The notes beneath the pieces were generated by a model. The model worked only from the letters and a program-made list of their open reading frames with translations, was not told where the DNA came from and ran no database searches. A stretch of 64,000 nucleotides of DNA from an uncultured Pseudomonadota bacterium (GTDB lineage Bacteria > Myxococcota_A > Polyangia > Fen-1088), in NCBI GenBank assembly GCA_963847705.1, contig CAWKBC010000027.1, positions 672,001 through 736,000 on the forward strand. The letters run 5' to 3'. Shown one piece after another: positions 39,718 to 48,850 of this stretch. Position numbers and translations under genes: made by a program. Numbering within the stretch: position 1 is the stretch's first letter; the number at the start of each line of letters is the position of its first letter.

Positions 39718-42217
39718 GGATGGGAACGATCCGAGGTCGCCTCTCAGTGGAACCGACCTCGAACGACCGTTGCCGACCCCGGGGTCGCCGGCCGTCCCGT
39801 TGCGATCGGGAACGGTCCTGGCTGGTCGATACGAGATCGGCAAGACGATCGGACAGGGAGGCATGGGGGTGGTGGTCCAGGCCTTCGACAGGACACTGGG
39901 CGTCGAGATCGCCATCAAGATCGTCCGCGCGCAGTACGCCGGCGAGCGAGAGTGGAGCGAAAGGCTGGCCCGCGAAGTGAAGCTGGCGCGGCAGATCCAG
40001 CACCCGAACGTCTGCCGCGTCTTCGATTACGCGCAGGCGGACGGCAGGGCCTTCTTGAGCATGGAGCTGGCCGTCGGCGGCACGCTTCGTGACGAGCTTC
40101 GAGCCGACACGACCGCGGCGCGGCCGCTGGCGGCGCGAATCGCCGACGCGCGCGCGCTCGCCGCCGGTCTCGAGGCCATTCATGCGGCCGGGATCGTTCA
40201 CCGCGACATCTCCCCGCAGAACGCGTTGCGGATGAGCGACGGGCGTCTGGTGCTGTCCGACTTCGGCCTGGCCACCGATTCATTCGACGGCACGACCAGC
40301 ATCCGCGGCGGCACCGTGGCGTACATGGCGCCCGAGGTGGCCCGCGGCGGTCGGGCCAGCTTCGCGGCGGATATCTGGGCGCTGGGGGCCGTCATCCACG
40401 AGGCGGTCTTCGGGCAGCGCCTGCAGTGGGATCCGGAGAGCGGAGAGCTGCGCAGCGCGGTCACCAGCCGGCGGTTGACCCGGACGGAGCGCAGCGTCCT
40501 CGAGATCTGCCGCGCCTGCCTGGCGCCGAATCCGGCCCGCCGGCCGCGCGGCGCGGGCGAGGTCGCGGCGCAGCTGACCGAGCAGGGGCTGGCGCGGTCA
40601 GCCGGCCGCTGGCGGCGCCGGCGGGCCGCAACGCTCGCGACCGCCGCGATGTTCGCGGCCGCTGTCATCGTCGCCGAACAGCGGCTCAAGAGCGCGCGTC
40701 AGAGCGCAGCCCAGGTGGTTTCGGCCTCGGTCGATCCGCTCATGATCGTCCCCACCGGCGAGCCGGACGACTGGACCGACGAGTCGAGGGTCCTGGCCGA
40801 GGTGTCCGATCGGATTCGCTGCCTGGTGCCGCTTCCCGACCACCACACCGTCCGGTTCGTGTGGGGCTACCCCGCGCGCGCCGAGGACGTCGATACCCGC
40901 ACGGGGAGAGGCACCCCCTCGCCGCTGGTCCCCAACGCCTACGCCGAGGGATGCCCCGATCTGTCCCCCGACGGCAAACGCCTGGTCTACGCAGGCCATA
41001 CCCCTGACGATCGGGCCTACGCCTTCGTCTCGACGCATGCTGACGGCCGCGACGCGGTCCCGGTGGTGCCGACGGCCGAACCGTCCATGAATTCAGATCC
41101 CGTCTGGCTGAGCAGCGTGGACAGCTTCGTGTACGACGCCGACGCCAACCACGTGGGCGTGTTTTCGCTGGATGCGAAACGGAGCATGGTTCTTCCGACG
41201 ACCAAAGAGCCGTTCTTCTCGGCCTTTCACGGGGTTGTTGGCGATACGATGCTCATCGGCTGGTTGTTGCAAACCGGAGCCGTGGACTTCGATGGGTTTT
41301 CGTATCCGCGATTGGATGAAACGCTCCACTTTCGTTTGCCGCAAATGGTCTTTGATTTGACCCCCGCCGAGGGATCGACCTACTACGGTGCGATCTCCGG
41401 CCAGAGCGGCTTCACGATCGTGCGGATCGAACCGCAGAAGCGTCAGGCGCGCCTCGTCGGGAAGGTCGACCGTCAAGGCGTTCGGTACCCGCTGCTCGTC
41501 GAGGGGGGATTGGTGTTCGTCAGCGTGAGCAGGACCGCGTCGATGGTCTTGCGCACGGGAGCTGGGACGAGGCGCCTTCCTCTGCCGGCCGACGTCCGGG
41601 CGCCGTCCCTTTGTGGAGATCGACTCGTCGCCAAGAGGGTCGTCAATCTCGCGGCAGGCATCGTCTGGCTGGATATGGAGGGCAAGGAGATCGGTCGCGT
41701 CGCGGGCGACGAGAGAACAATGAACCCCAAGTGTTCGGGTGATGGACGGTTGCTCTTCTATGCGGTGTTCGGAGAGGGGCTGAAGCGGTGCCGAGGAACC
41801 GATTGCGAAATGATATTCCGGGGCGATCTCAATGGGTTTGTCCTGTCGCCTGACGACAGCCGGATCGCCTTCGAGTCGTCTGACAGCGGAGGGCATGCTG
41901 TGCGTTGGATTTACGCCGACGGGCGCGCAGGGGTTCATGAGCTGATCGAAACCGACACGCAGTGTCCGCTCCACTGGTCAAATACGAAGGACGTCTGGGT
42001 CGCCTTGCGCAAAGGCCGGAGGGTGACCTGGACGGAGTTCGATACGAACACCAGCCGACCGACCGGCAGGACCTTCCCTGGTACGCGGGACTGTACGGAC
42101 GGGGAAGAAGATCCGGCGTCGCCGGTCAAGGAAGCCGTGGAAGAGCAAGACATCTACCGGGCCCAGCTCCGCTTCCTTCCCGAGAAACACCTACCGGGCC
42201 GAGAGCGATCCCGATAA
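39710..42217 (+). CDS. membrane Ser/Thr kinase with extracytoplasmic TolB-like beta-propeller
   Basis: GQGGMG, IAIK, HRDISPQN, DFG, YMAPE; TM after RRRR; PD40-like PDLSPDGKRLVY and LSPDDSRIAF; overlaps the activator stop. Confidence 0.9.
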   Translation: MTEDGNDPRSPLSGTDLERPLPTPGSPAVPLRSGTVLAGRYEIGKTIGQGGMGVVVQAFDRTLGVEIAIKIVRAQYAGEREWSERLAREVKLARQIQHPNVCRVFDYAQADGRAFLSMELAVGGTLRDELRADTTAARPLAARIADARALAAGLEAIHAAGIVHRDISPQNALRMSDGRLVLSDFGLATDSFDGTTSIRGGTVAYMAPEVARGGRASFAADIWALGAVIHEAVFGQRLQWDPESGELRSAVTSRRLTRTERSVLEICRACLAPNPARRPRGAGEVAAQLTEQGLARSAGRWRRRRAATLATAAMFAAAVIVAEQRLKSARQSAAQVVSASVDPLMIVPTGEPDDWTDESRVLAEVSDRIRCLVPLPDHHTVRFVWGYPARAEDVDTRTGRGTPSPLVPNAYAEGCPDLSPDGKRLVYAGHTPDDRAYAFVSTHADGRDAVPVVPTAEPSMNSDPVWLSSVDSFVYDADANHVGVFSLDAKRSMVLPTTKEPFFSAFHGVVGDTMLIGWLLQTGAVDFDGFSYPRLDETLHFRLPQMVFDLTPAEGSTYYGAISGQSGFTIVRIEPQKRQARLVGKVDRQGVRYPLLVEGGLVFVSVSRTASMVLRTGAGTRRLPLPADVRAPSLCGDRLVAKRVVNLAAGIVWLDMEGKEIGRVAGDERTMNPKCSGDGRLLFYAVFGEGLKRCRGTDCEMIFRGDLNGFVLSPDDSRIAFESSDSGGHAVRWIYADGRAGVHELIETDTQCPLHWSNTKDVWVALRKGRRVTWTEFDTNTSRPTGRTFPGTRDCTDGEEDPASPVKEAVEEQDIYRAQLRFLPEKHLPGRERSR

Positions 42218-42233
42218 TCTATCGCGCGGCTTC

Positions 42234-44750
42234 ATGAGCGGCTCGGGGTCAGGCTCGAAGGACAGCATCACCGAGGTCGCCGAGGAGTCCTTCGTCCGAG
42301 AGCGGCCGCCCGACATCGAGCGGGGGACGGTGCTGGCGGGCCGATACCAGATCGAGGACATCATCGGGAAGGGGGGGAGCGGGATCGTCCTGCGCGTGTT
42401 CGATCGGACGGCGCAGAATGTCGTGGCGCTGAAGGTCCTCAAGACCGAGCTCGCGCGCGACGCCAAGTGGGAGAAGCGATTTTCGCGCGAGCTGCGGCTG
42501 GGCCGGCCGATCCAGCACCCGAATGTCTGTCGTATCTTCGACATCGGAGAGGCCGACGGCCACCGCTTCCTGACGATGGAGATCGCGCAGGGTGGCTCGC
42601 TCCGCGATGAGCTGAAGCGCGGCGGCGCGCCGGAGCGATCCCTGGAAGCAAAGATGGCCGACGCGAGGGGCGTGATCGCCGGCCTGGCCGCTCTGCACGC
42701 CGCGGGCATCGTTCACCGCGACTTCAAGCCCGACAACCTCCTCCGGATGGGAGACGGCCGCCTGGTGCTGTCCGACTTCGGTCTCGCGACCGATGCAGCG
42801 ACCGCGCCCGGCGCGACGGTGTTGATCGGAACTCCGCACTACATGGCTCCGGAGGTCCTCGCGGGCGAGCCCGCGACGAGCCGCTCGGACGTCTGGGCGC
42901 TCGCGGTGGTCCTTCACGAGATCTTCTTCGGCCAGCGACCCGAGCGCCGGTCCGTGAGCTTCGACGGCTCCTCGAGAGGGCCGATTCGACCCAACTCGTC
43001 GACGGAGCGCAGAGTGATGGCCCTGTGCGAACAATGCCTCACAGAGTCGCCTTTGAATCGGCCCGCTGATGCTCGAGAGGTGGCGCGCCTGTTCGATTCC
43101 GAGCGACGTTCGCCCCCCAAGGGTGGGACGGCGGGCAAAAGGGCGGTGCTGGCCGTCTCTGGTCTGGCGGCAGCGGCGGTGCTTTCGATCGCCGTCCGTG
43201 CCTGGAGACCTCATCGGCGAGAGGTGTCGGCCGCACCGACTTCGGCGACGGCCACCGCCCTGCCCACCTCGGCGATAAGATTGGAACCCGGAGGTGACCC
43301 GGTCGATTGGAGCCGGTCGACGCGCGTCATTGGTGAAATCCCGGGGCGGGTGCATTGCTTTTCCGTGATTGACGAGAAGACGGTCAGAATCGTCTGGGGT
43401 TCTCCTCGAAGAGCGGAGGACGTGGAGGTGGAGTCTGGCAGGCGCCGAGTTGCCCGGTTGGCGCCGGAGACCTTCCGTGTCGGCTGTCCCGAGCTGTCGC
43501 CAAATCGAAAGGCGCTGCTCTTTACCGCCCAGACACAGGCGGGCGCTTCGGAGATTCGTCTTTCGATGTCAGACGGGCGAGAGGCGACGTCGGTGACCTC
43601 GGGCGCGGATCCGCTGTGGCTCGGCGGGAACGATGAATTCCTCTACAGCGTCGACCCGGCTCACGCCGCCGTGTTCTCGCTGCCGACCATGAGCTTTGCC
43701 CTGCTCGCCGGGTCGAAGCTCGGGCAACGGCAGGTGATCCTGGACAAAGCGGTGAGCCAGACTGGGAAGGCAGTCGCGTTGTTGGTGATGGCCGACAACT
43801 CGGAGCTCGGGCTCGCCGTTTATGATCAGCCGCCGTTCGAGCAGGCAAAGGTCTTTTCGATTCCTGAGCAGTATCCGATTCAATTTGAACCGCGAAACGA
43901 AGCGATTGTCTTCGCTTACGGCGCCGGTCAATCGGGCTCTGCCTTGATGGAGCTCGATTGGCGTCACGAGACGCTGCGGAGCATCGCCAGGTATCCGGGC
44001 TTCGAGTTGACGCGCGCCGCGCTTTCGGTCGACCAGGCCGCGACCAAGCTTCTGGTGGCGCGCCATTCGTCGAGCGACGTGTGGCTCTACGACGGAACGA
44101 AGAGAAAGAGGCTCACCAATGACGGCGCGGACTATTCCGCGGACCTGTCGCCCTCCGGCGAGCTCCTGGTGAGCAGGCTGGGCTCCGAGGGGTCATTTTC
44201 CATCTGGCGAATAGACGCCGATGGAACCGAGACAAAGCTGACCTCCGGACCGCGCGACGTCGGGCCGGCGTTTTCCCCCGACGGACGGCTCTGGACCTAT
44301 TCCGACTACTCGACCAGGAGCGTCATGCTTTGTTCGAGGACCTCGGGAGAGTGCCACGTCTTGCACCAGGACGAGCTCCTTCCCATCTGGCCGCGGATCT
44401 CTCCTGATGGAACCCGCGTTGCGTACGTGAGTGGGATGGGCTCACCCAAGGTCACGATCATTTCTGCGGCAGACGGGCGGATGCGCAACGCCTGGGACGG
44501 CCAGTATCAATGCGCGCCAATCTGGTCGACAGCGACGACGATCTGGTTTCTCGAGGCCGGCGCCGGGCGTTACTACTGGTCGGAACGCAATGTCGTCTCG
44601 GGTGAGAAGACGGGAAAGCGGGTGGAGGTGTTGACGGAGAACATGGCCCTTGGCGAGATCCAGTGCGGTTCGACGTCGCCCGACTCTCCGGTCTTTCAGC
44701 CCGTGCGCATCGAGAAGGAAGAGATCTCGAAGCTCCTCGTGTCGAGGTAG
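42234..44750 (+). CDS. membrane Ser/Thr kinase with extracytoplasmic TolB-like beta-propeller (paralog)
   Basis: GKGGSG, VALK, HRDFKPDN, DFG, YMAPE; TM AVLAVSGLAAAAVLSIAV; PAFSPDGR, PRISPDGTRVAY. Confidence 0.9.
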   Translation: MSGSGSGSKDSITEVAEESFVRERPPDIERGTVLAGRYQIEDIIGKGGSGIVLRVFDRTAQNVVALKVLKTELARDAKWEKRFSRELRLGRPIQHPNVCRIFDIGEADGHRFLTMEIAQGGSLRDELKRGGAPERSLEAKMADARGVIAGLAALHAAGIVHRDFKPDNLLRMGDGRLVLSDFGLATDAATAPGATVLIGTPHYMAPEVLAGEPATSRSDVWALAVVLHEIFFGQRPERRSVSFDGSSRGPIRPNSSTERRVMALCEQCLTESPLNRPADAREVARLFDSERRSPPKGGTAGKRAVLAVSGLAAAAVLSIAVRAWRPHRREVSAAPTSATATALPTSAIRLEPGGDPVDWSRSTRVIGEIPGRVHCFSVIDEKTVRIVWGSPRRAEDVEVESGRRRVARLAPETFRVGCPELSPNRKALLFTAQTQAGASEIRLSMSDGREATSVTSGADPLWLGGNDEFLYSVDPAHAAVFSLPTMSFALLAGSKLGQRQVILDKAVSQTGKAVALLVMADNSELGLAVYDQPPFEQAKVFSIPEQYPIQFEPRNEAIVFAYGAGQSGSALMELDWRHETLRSIARYPGFELTRAALSVDQAATKLLVARHSSSDVWLYDGTKRKRLTNDGADYSADLSPSGELLVSRLGSEGSFSIWRIDADGTETKLTSGPRDVGPAFSPDGRLWTYSDYSTRSVMLCSRTSGECHVLHQDELLPIWPRISPDGTRVAYVSGMGSPKVTIISAADGRMRNAWDGQYQCAPIWSTATTIWFLEAGAGRYYWSERNVVSGEKTGKRVEVLTENMALGEIQCGSTSPDSPVFQPVRIEKEEISKLLVSR

Positions 44751-44802
44751 ATGCCCGCCCGACGCTTCAAGTCGGGCGGACATCGCGTCTGAGAGGCGCT
44801 GT

Positions 44803-44946
44803 TCAGCAGGGCAGTCCGGGACGGCAAAGCCCCTGCGGCGCCACCGGCAACGGCACCCTCCGGGTCGGGTGAGCCGACACCGTACCCGTGGCAGCAATGG
44901 TGGCGGACGCGGCGAATAACGCGACGAGCATGATCTTCTTCAGCAT
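44803..44946 (-). CDS. 47-aa secreted peptide precursor with C-terminal Cys-X5-Cys
   Basis: MLKKIMLVALFAASATIAATGTVSA|HPTRRVPLPVAPQGLCRPGLPC; RBS cacAAGGAGacgccATG; Sec signal with KK, hydrophobic core and VSA. Confidence 0.8.
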   Translation of the reverse strand: MLKKIMLVALFAASATIAATGTVSAHPTRRVPLPVAPQGLCRPGLPC

Positions 44947-45023
44947 GGCGTCTCCTTGTGGTCTGGTGCTTGCGGAGTCGGAAAACCGCGTCAGAGATCG
45001 ACGCGGCCTTTCGGACTTCCATG

Positions 45024-45039
45024 AGCAACCGACGGACCA
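45024..45039 (-). promoter_or_regulatory. sigma54 -24/-12 promoter of the peptide gene
   Basis: Minus strand TGGTCCGTCGGTTGCT: GG-N10-GC with TTGCT, about 78 nt upstream of the peptide ATG. Confidence 0.65.
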
Positions 45040-45135
45040 ATACGGAGAGCCCAAAACTCCGGGCTTTGCCGGGGAAAAACGGACGTTTTCGGGGCGCGGT
45101 TTTATATCCGTTTACGCAAGCGGAGTTACGTTTTA

Positions 45136-46536
45136 ATGTTCGGCGGATCTGCTGTGATCACGCCCAACGAAAGCACCACCTTCGTTCCGCGCCACGAGGC
45201 GTCAGACGACCCCGTGAAGGTTCCTCTGTTGTTGGTTGTGGGGGACAACCGAGGGAATGTTCCGCTGGGGGCTGACAGAGTTGTCACGTTCACCGGGTCA
45301 CTGGTCGTCGGCCGCCGCGAGCCAACGCAGGGGGAGCCGGGGCAGTCGTCCCTGGTCCTGCCGGACCGGATGATCTCGTCGCAGCACATGGCGATCACCC
45401 CTGCGCCGGACGACGGGGTCTACGAGCTCACCGACCTGTCGAGCACCAACGGCACGATCGTCGACGGAGAGCCGGTCGAGACGACCGTCCGCTTGCGGGA
45501 CGGCTCGGTCATCTTCGTGGGGAGCCACGTGCTCGTGTTTCGGGTCACGACGGTCGCTCAGCGGACGGCGATCGAAGCCGAGCTCGCGAATCCCCTGGGA
45601 CCCGTGGCCACGGCCAACCCGGCCTTTGCCATGGTCTGTCAGAAGCTGCGCAAGCTGGCGGCGGCGGGCGAGGAGCTGCTGCTGACAGGCGAGACCGGCG
45701 TCGGCAAGGAGGTCTATGCCGAGGCGGTCCACCGGGCCAGCGGTCGGACGGGACGGTTCGTGGCCATCAACTGCGCCGCCATCCCCCGCGAGCTGGTGGA
45801 GACCGAGCTCTTCGGTTACGCGCGGGGCGCGCACTCGCAGGCGGCGATGGCCAAGGGCGGGATCATCGAGGAGGCGGAGAACGGGACGCTGTTCCTCGAC
45901 GAGATCGGCGAGATGGCGCCCGAGCTTCAGACCAAGCTGCTTCGCTTCACCCAGGACCGAATGTTGTCGCCGGTCGGCGGGCTGCGCGCGCGGAGGATCG
46001 AGACGCGCATCGTCGCCGCCACCAGCCGCACCGCCGCGCCGTCACAGTCGGGAAGCCTGGGGCTGCGCGTCGATCTGGCGGCGCGGCTCGGCGCCGAGCC
46101 GATCCGGATCCCGCCGCTGCGCGAGCGGGTCGAGGATCTGGGCGCGCTGGCCAGCTATCTTCTGGGCGCGCGGAAGAAGCCGATCGAGCTGACCGCGTTC
46201 CAGGCGCTCTGTCTTTACTCCTGGCCGGGCAACGTCCGCGAGCTCGGCAAGGTCGTGACCTCGGCCGAGGCGCTGGCGCGCGACAGCGATCGGATCGCCA
46301 CCGAGCATCTGCCAGGGACGATCTCGGCGGCGCCGCGGCTGAAGGGCTCGGCGGGGGGGCGCCGAAAATCGCGTCCGCCCCCGGACGCAGCCGAGCTGGA
46401 GGCGTTGATCCGCCGATTTCAGGGCAACATGATGCGCGTCTCGCGCGAGCTCGACCGCAAGCCGGCGCTGGTCTACCGCTGGGCCAAGCGGTTCGGCCTG
46501 AAAGCGGACGACTTTCGCGCTAAAAAAGAGGCCTGA
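45136..46536 (+). CDS. FHA-domain sigma54-type enhancer-binding protein (GAHSQA loop)
   Basis: FHA (VGRR, SSQH, SSTNGT); GETGVGKE, ETELFG, FLDEIGE, WPGNVREL; HTH; divergent from the peptide gene. Confidence 0.92.
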   Translation: MFGGSAVITPNESTTFVPRHEASDDPVKVPLLLVVGDNRGNVPLGADRVVTFTGSLVVGRREPTQGEPGQSSLVLPDRMISSQHMAITPAPDDGVYELTDLSSTNGTIVDGEPVETTVRLRDGSVIFVGSHVLVFRVTTVAQRTAIEAELANPLGPVATANPAFAMVCQKLRKLAAAGEELLLTGETGVGKEVYAEAVHRASGRTGRFVAINCAAIPRELVETELFGYARGAHSQAAMAKGGIIEEAENGTLFLDEIGEMAPELQTKLLRFTQDRMLSPVGGLRARRIETRIVAATSRTAAPSQSGSLGLRVDLAARLGAEPIRIPPLRERVEDLGALASYLLGARKKPIELTAFQALCLYSWPGNVRELGKVVTSAEALARDSDRIATEHLPGTISAAPRLKGSAGGRRKSRPPPDAAELEALIRRFQGNMMRVSRELDRKPALVYRWAKRFGLKADDFRAKKEA

Positions 46537-46606
46537 AGCGCGCGCCGGCAGTTTCGGTGGGCGGTCACGAAACCCGAACAGGTCTTGCGCGCCGTGCTGT
46601 AACCAA

Positions 46607-47713
46607 ATGGACGACCTCTCGCAATTTCTGCGTCCCGCCGGTGGCGGAATTCACACCGTGAGCACGGGCCGCGCCGCGCGCGAATCGTTGCAGAAGGCGC
46701 TCTATGACGCGCGCGACGACGTTGAGGTGCAGGCCAAGTGGCGCACTGCGCTGGCGTCCATCGGCATGGCGCGCGTGGCCATCCTGGGCATCCCCTCCGA
46801 CTGCGGCGCGGGGCTGACGCGCGGCGCTGCATTCGGACCCGAGGCCGTGCGGGCGGCGCTGCTCCGGCAGGTGCCGGACTTCCCCGCCCGTGCTGCCCGC
46901 GCGGGGATCGTCGACGTCGGCGATCTCTTCGTGGTGCCGCAGCTCCTGACCGACGACATGCTGAGCGAGGAGCAACGTCGCCGGACCCGCGCGGTGCTCT
47001 ACGGCCCGTCCGCCGCAAACGGCGATTGGCCCGTGGCGCCGCTGACCATTGCCGAACGGGTGGTCGATCAATTGCTGCGTGCGCGTCCCGGATTGCGAAT
47101 CTTCATGCTGGGGGGCGATCACTCGGTGGCCTGGCCCGTGGTGGCGGCGCTGGCCCGGCATCTCTCCGAGCCATGGGCGATCGTTCACGCTGACGCCCAC
47201 ACCGATCTCTTGCCCGAGCGTCTCGGCGTCCGGATCTGCTTCGCCACCTGGGCCTACCACGCCAACGAGCTCCTGGGCCGGGGCGGACGGCTGGTGCAGA
47301 TCGGCGTGCGGACGTCGTCGCGCACCAAGGAACATTGGGAGTCGACGCTGGGGGTCCGGCAGTTCTGGGCCGACGAGGTGGGCGCCCGCGGCGCCGCGGT
47401 GATCGACGAGGTGATCCGACATCTGCAAGCGATGGGCATCCGGCGCGTCTATCTGTCGAACGACATCGACGCCACCGACAGCGAGGCCGCTCCTTCCACC
47501 GGCGCGCCCGAGCCGAACGGCCTGACACCCGACTTCGTGCGGGCGTTGATCGCCCGGATCGGCGCGGCGTTCGCGCTCCTCGGCGCCGACGTGGTCGAAG
47601 TGGCCCCCTCGATCGGCAGCGCCGACGACGCGCGCCGGACCAGCGACGTCGCGGCCTCGTACATGCGCGCCTCGCTGGCGGTGCTGGCGGACGCGCCCGA
47701 GTTGATCCCGTAG
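46607..47713 (+). CDS. agmatinase/arginase family ureohydrolase
   Basis: GAAFGPEAVR, GGDHS, HADAHTD, SNDID, DVVEVAP. Confidence 0.92.
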   Translation: MDDLSQFLRPAGGGIHTVSTGRAARESLQKALYDARDDVEVQAKWRTALASIGMARVAILGIPSDCGAGLTRGAAFGPEAVRAALLRQVPDFPARAARAGIVDVGDLFVVPQLLTDDMLSEEQRRRTRAVLYGPSAANGDWPVAPLTIAERVVDQLLRARPGLRIFMLGGDHSVAWPVVAALARHLSEPWAIVHADAHTDLLPERLGVRICFATWAYHANELLGRGGRLVQIGVRTSSRTKEHWESTLGVRQFWADEVGARGAAVIDEVIRHLQAMGIRRVYLSNDIDATDSEAAPSTGAPEPNGLTPDFVRALIARIGAAFALLGADVVEVAPSIGSADDARRTSDVAASYMRASLAVLADAPELIP

Positions 47714-47722
47714 GATAGGGCC

Positions 47723-48781
47723 ATGGCGCGCGAACCGGACGACGATGGCGAAGGCGAGGGGGGCGATCCCCGGGTCGAAGCGGCCTGGCAGGCGCTCGAG
47801 AGCGGCGACGTCGCGGAGGCGCGGCGGCTGGCCGAGGCGCTCGACGCGAAGTCGCCGGAGACGTTGCTGTTGCTCGGCGCCTGCTGCCGCGAAGAGGAGG
47901 ACGACGCCCAGGCGATCGCGATCCTGAAACGGGCCGCCGCGGCCGATCCCGAGTGGGCGACGCCGGAGCTCTGGCTCGGTGAGATCCTGGCCGGCGATCC
48001 GGAGGCGACGGCGGAGGCGCTCCGGCATGCCACGCGCGCGCTCGATCTGACGGACGACGAGACGGAGTTCCTGTCGGCGGTCGCGCTCAAGGCCGGTCTC
48101 GAGACCGAGATGGGCGAGACCGAGGAGGCGAAGCGGACCCTGGCGGAGCTGCCGCCGCCCGAGGTCCGGCTGGAGGATCTGGACCTGGCGCTGGAGATCG
48201 CGGACCTGCAGCTGGCGCTGGGCGATCCCGAGGCGGCGCGCGAACGCCTGCTCCTTTTGTGCGAGGCGAGCCCGACGATGGCGGACGCCTGGTACGCGCT
48301 TGGCTGCGCGGCCGAGCAGCTGGAGGACGAGACCGAGATGCGGGCCGCCTGGAAGCGCACCTGGGCGCTCGATGCCGCGCCGACCGGTGGCGATGTCGCG
48401 GCGGGGGAGGCCGAGCGGCTGCCCGAGGCGGAGGTCGCGGCGGTCGCCGAATCGGCGCTGGAGGAGCTCCCCGAGCGGGCGCGCGCGCTTCTGCAGGGGA
48501 TCCCCATCGTCATCGCCGAGCTGCCGGCCGAGGCCGACGTGGCCACCGGGCTCGATCCGCGGGTGCTGGGTCTGTTCAGCGGGACGGCGCACGGCGATGG
48601 CGCCACCGGGCTGGGCGGTCAGCCCGGGCTCACTCAGATCGTGCTCTTCCGGCGGAACCTCGAGCGGGCGGCCCGCGACGAGGATGAGCTTCGCGAGGAG
48701 ATCCGGACCACCTTGCTGCACGAGACCGGACATTTTTTCGGTCTCGACGACGCGGCGCTGGAGGAGATCGGGCTCGGGTAA
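47723..48781 (+). CDS. TPR protein fused to a Zincin_1-type metallopeptidase
   Basis: TPR-like helices; LGLFSG, IVLFRRN, TTLLHETGHFFG. Confidence 0.85.
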   Translation: MAREPDDDGEGEGGDPRVEAAWQALESGDVAEARRLAEALDAKSPETLLLLGACCREEEDDAQAIAILKRAAAADPEWATPELWLGEILAGDPEATAEALRHATRALDLTDDETEFLSAVALKAGLETEMGETEEAKRTLAELPPPEVRLEDLDLALEIADLQLALGDPEAARERLLLLCEASPTMADAWYALGCAAEQLEDETEMRAAWKRTWALDAAPTGGDVAAGEAERLPEAEVAAVAESALEELPERARALLQGIPIVIAELPAEADVATGLDPRVLGLFSGTAHGDGATGLGGQPGLTQIVLFRRNLERAARDEDELREEIRTTLLHETGHFFGLDDAALEEIGLG

Positions 48782-48794
48782 TCGGCCGCCAGCC

Positions 48795-48823
48795 TTGACA
48801 ATCCGCGGGGTGGTCAGCATGAT
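48795..48823 (+). promoter_or_regulatory. sigma70-type promoter of rpsT
   Basis: TTGACA (48795-48800), 17-nt spacer, CATGAT (48818-48823); AAGGA RBS before the GTG. Confidence 0.7.
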
Positions 48824-48850
48824 GCGCGCCCAAACGAGCGAAGGAATAAC

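Noticed and set aside
44803-44946. Peptide as a RiPP or bacteriocin precursor
   Set aside because: Ordinary Sec leader with no adjacent modification, transporter or immunity genes; retained instead as a signalling candidate.
38300-45130. Lower-GC stretch as a prophage or mobile island
   Set aside because: No integrase, transposase, tRNA or flanking direct repeats seen; the GC dip is limited to ectodomains and intergenic DNA.
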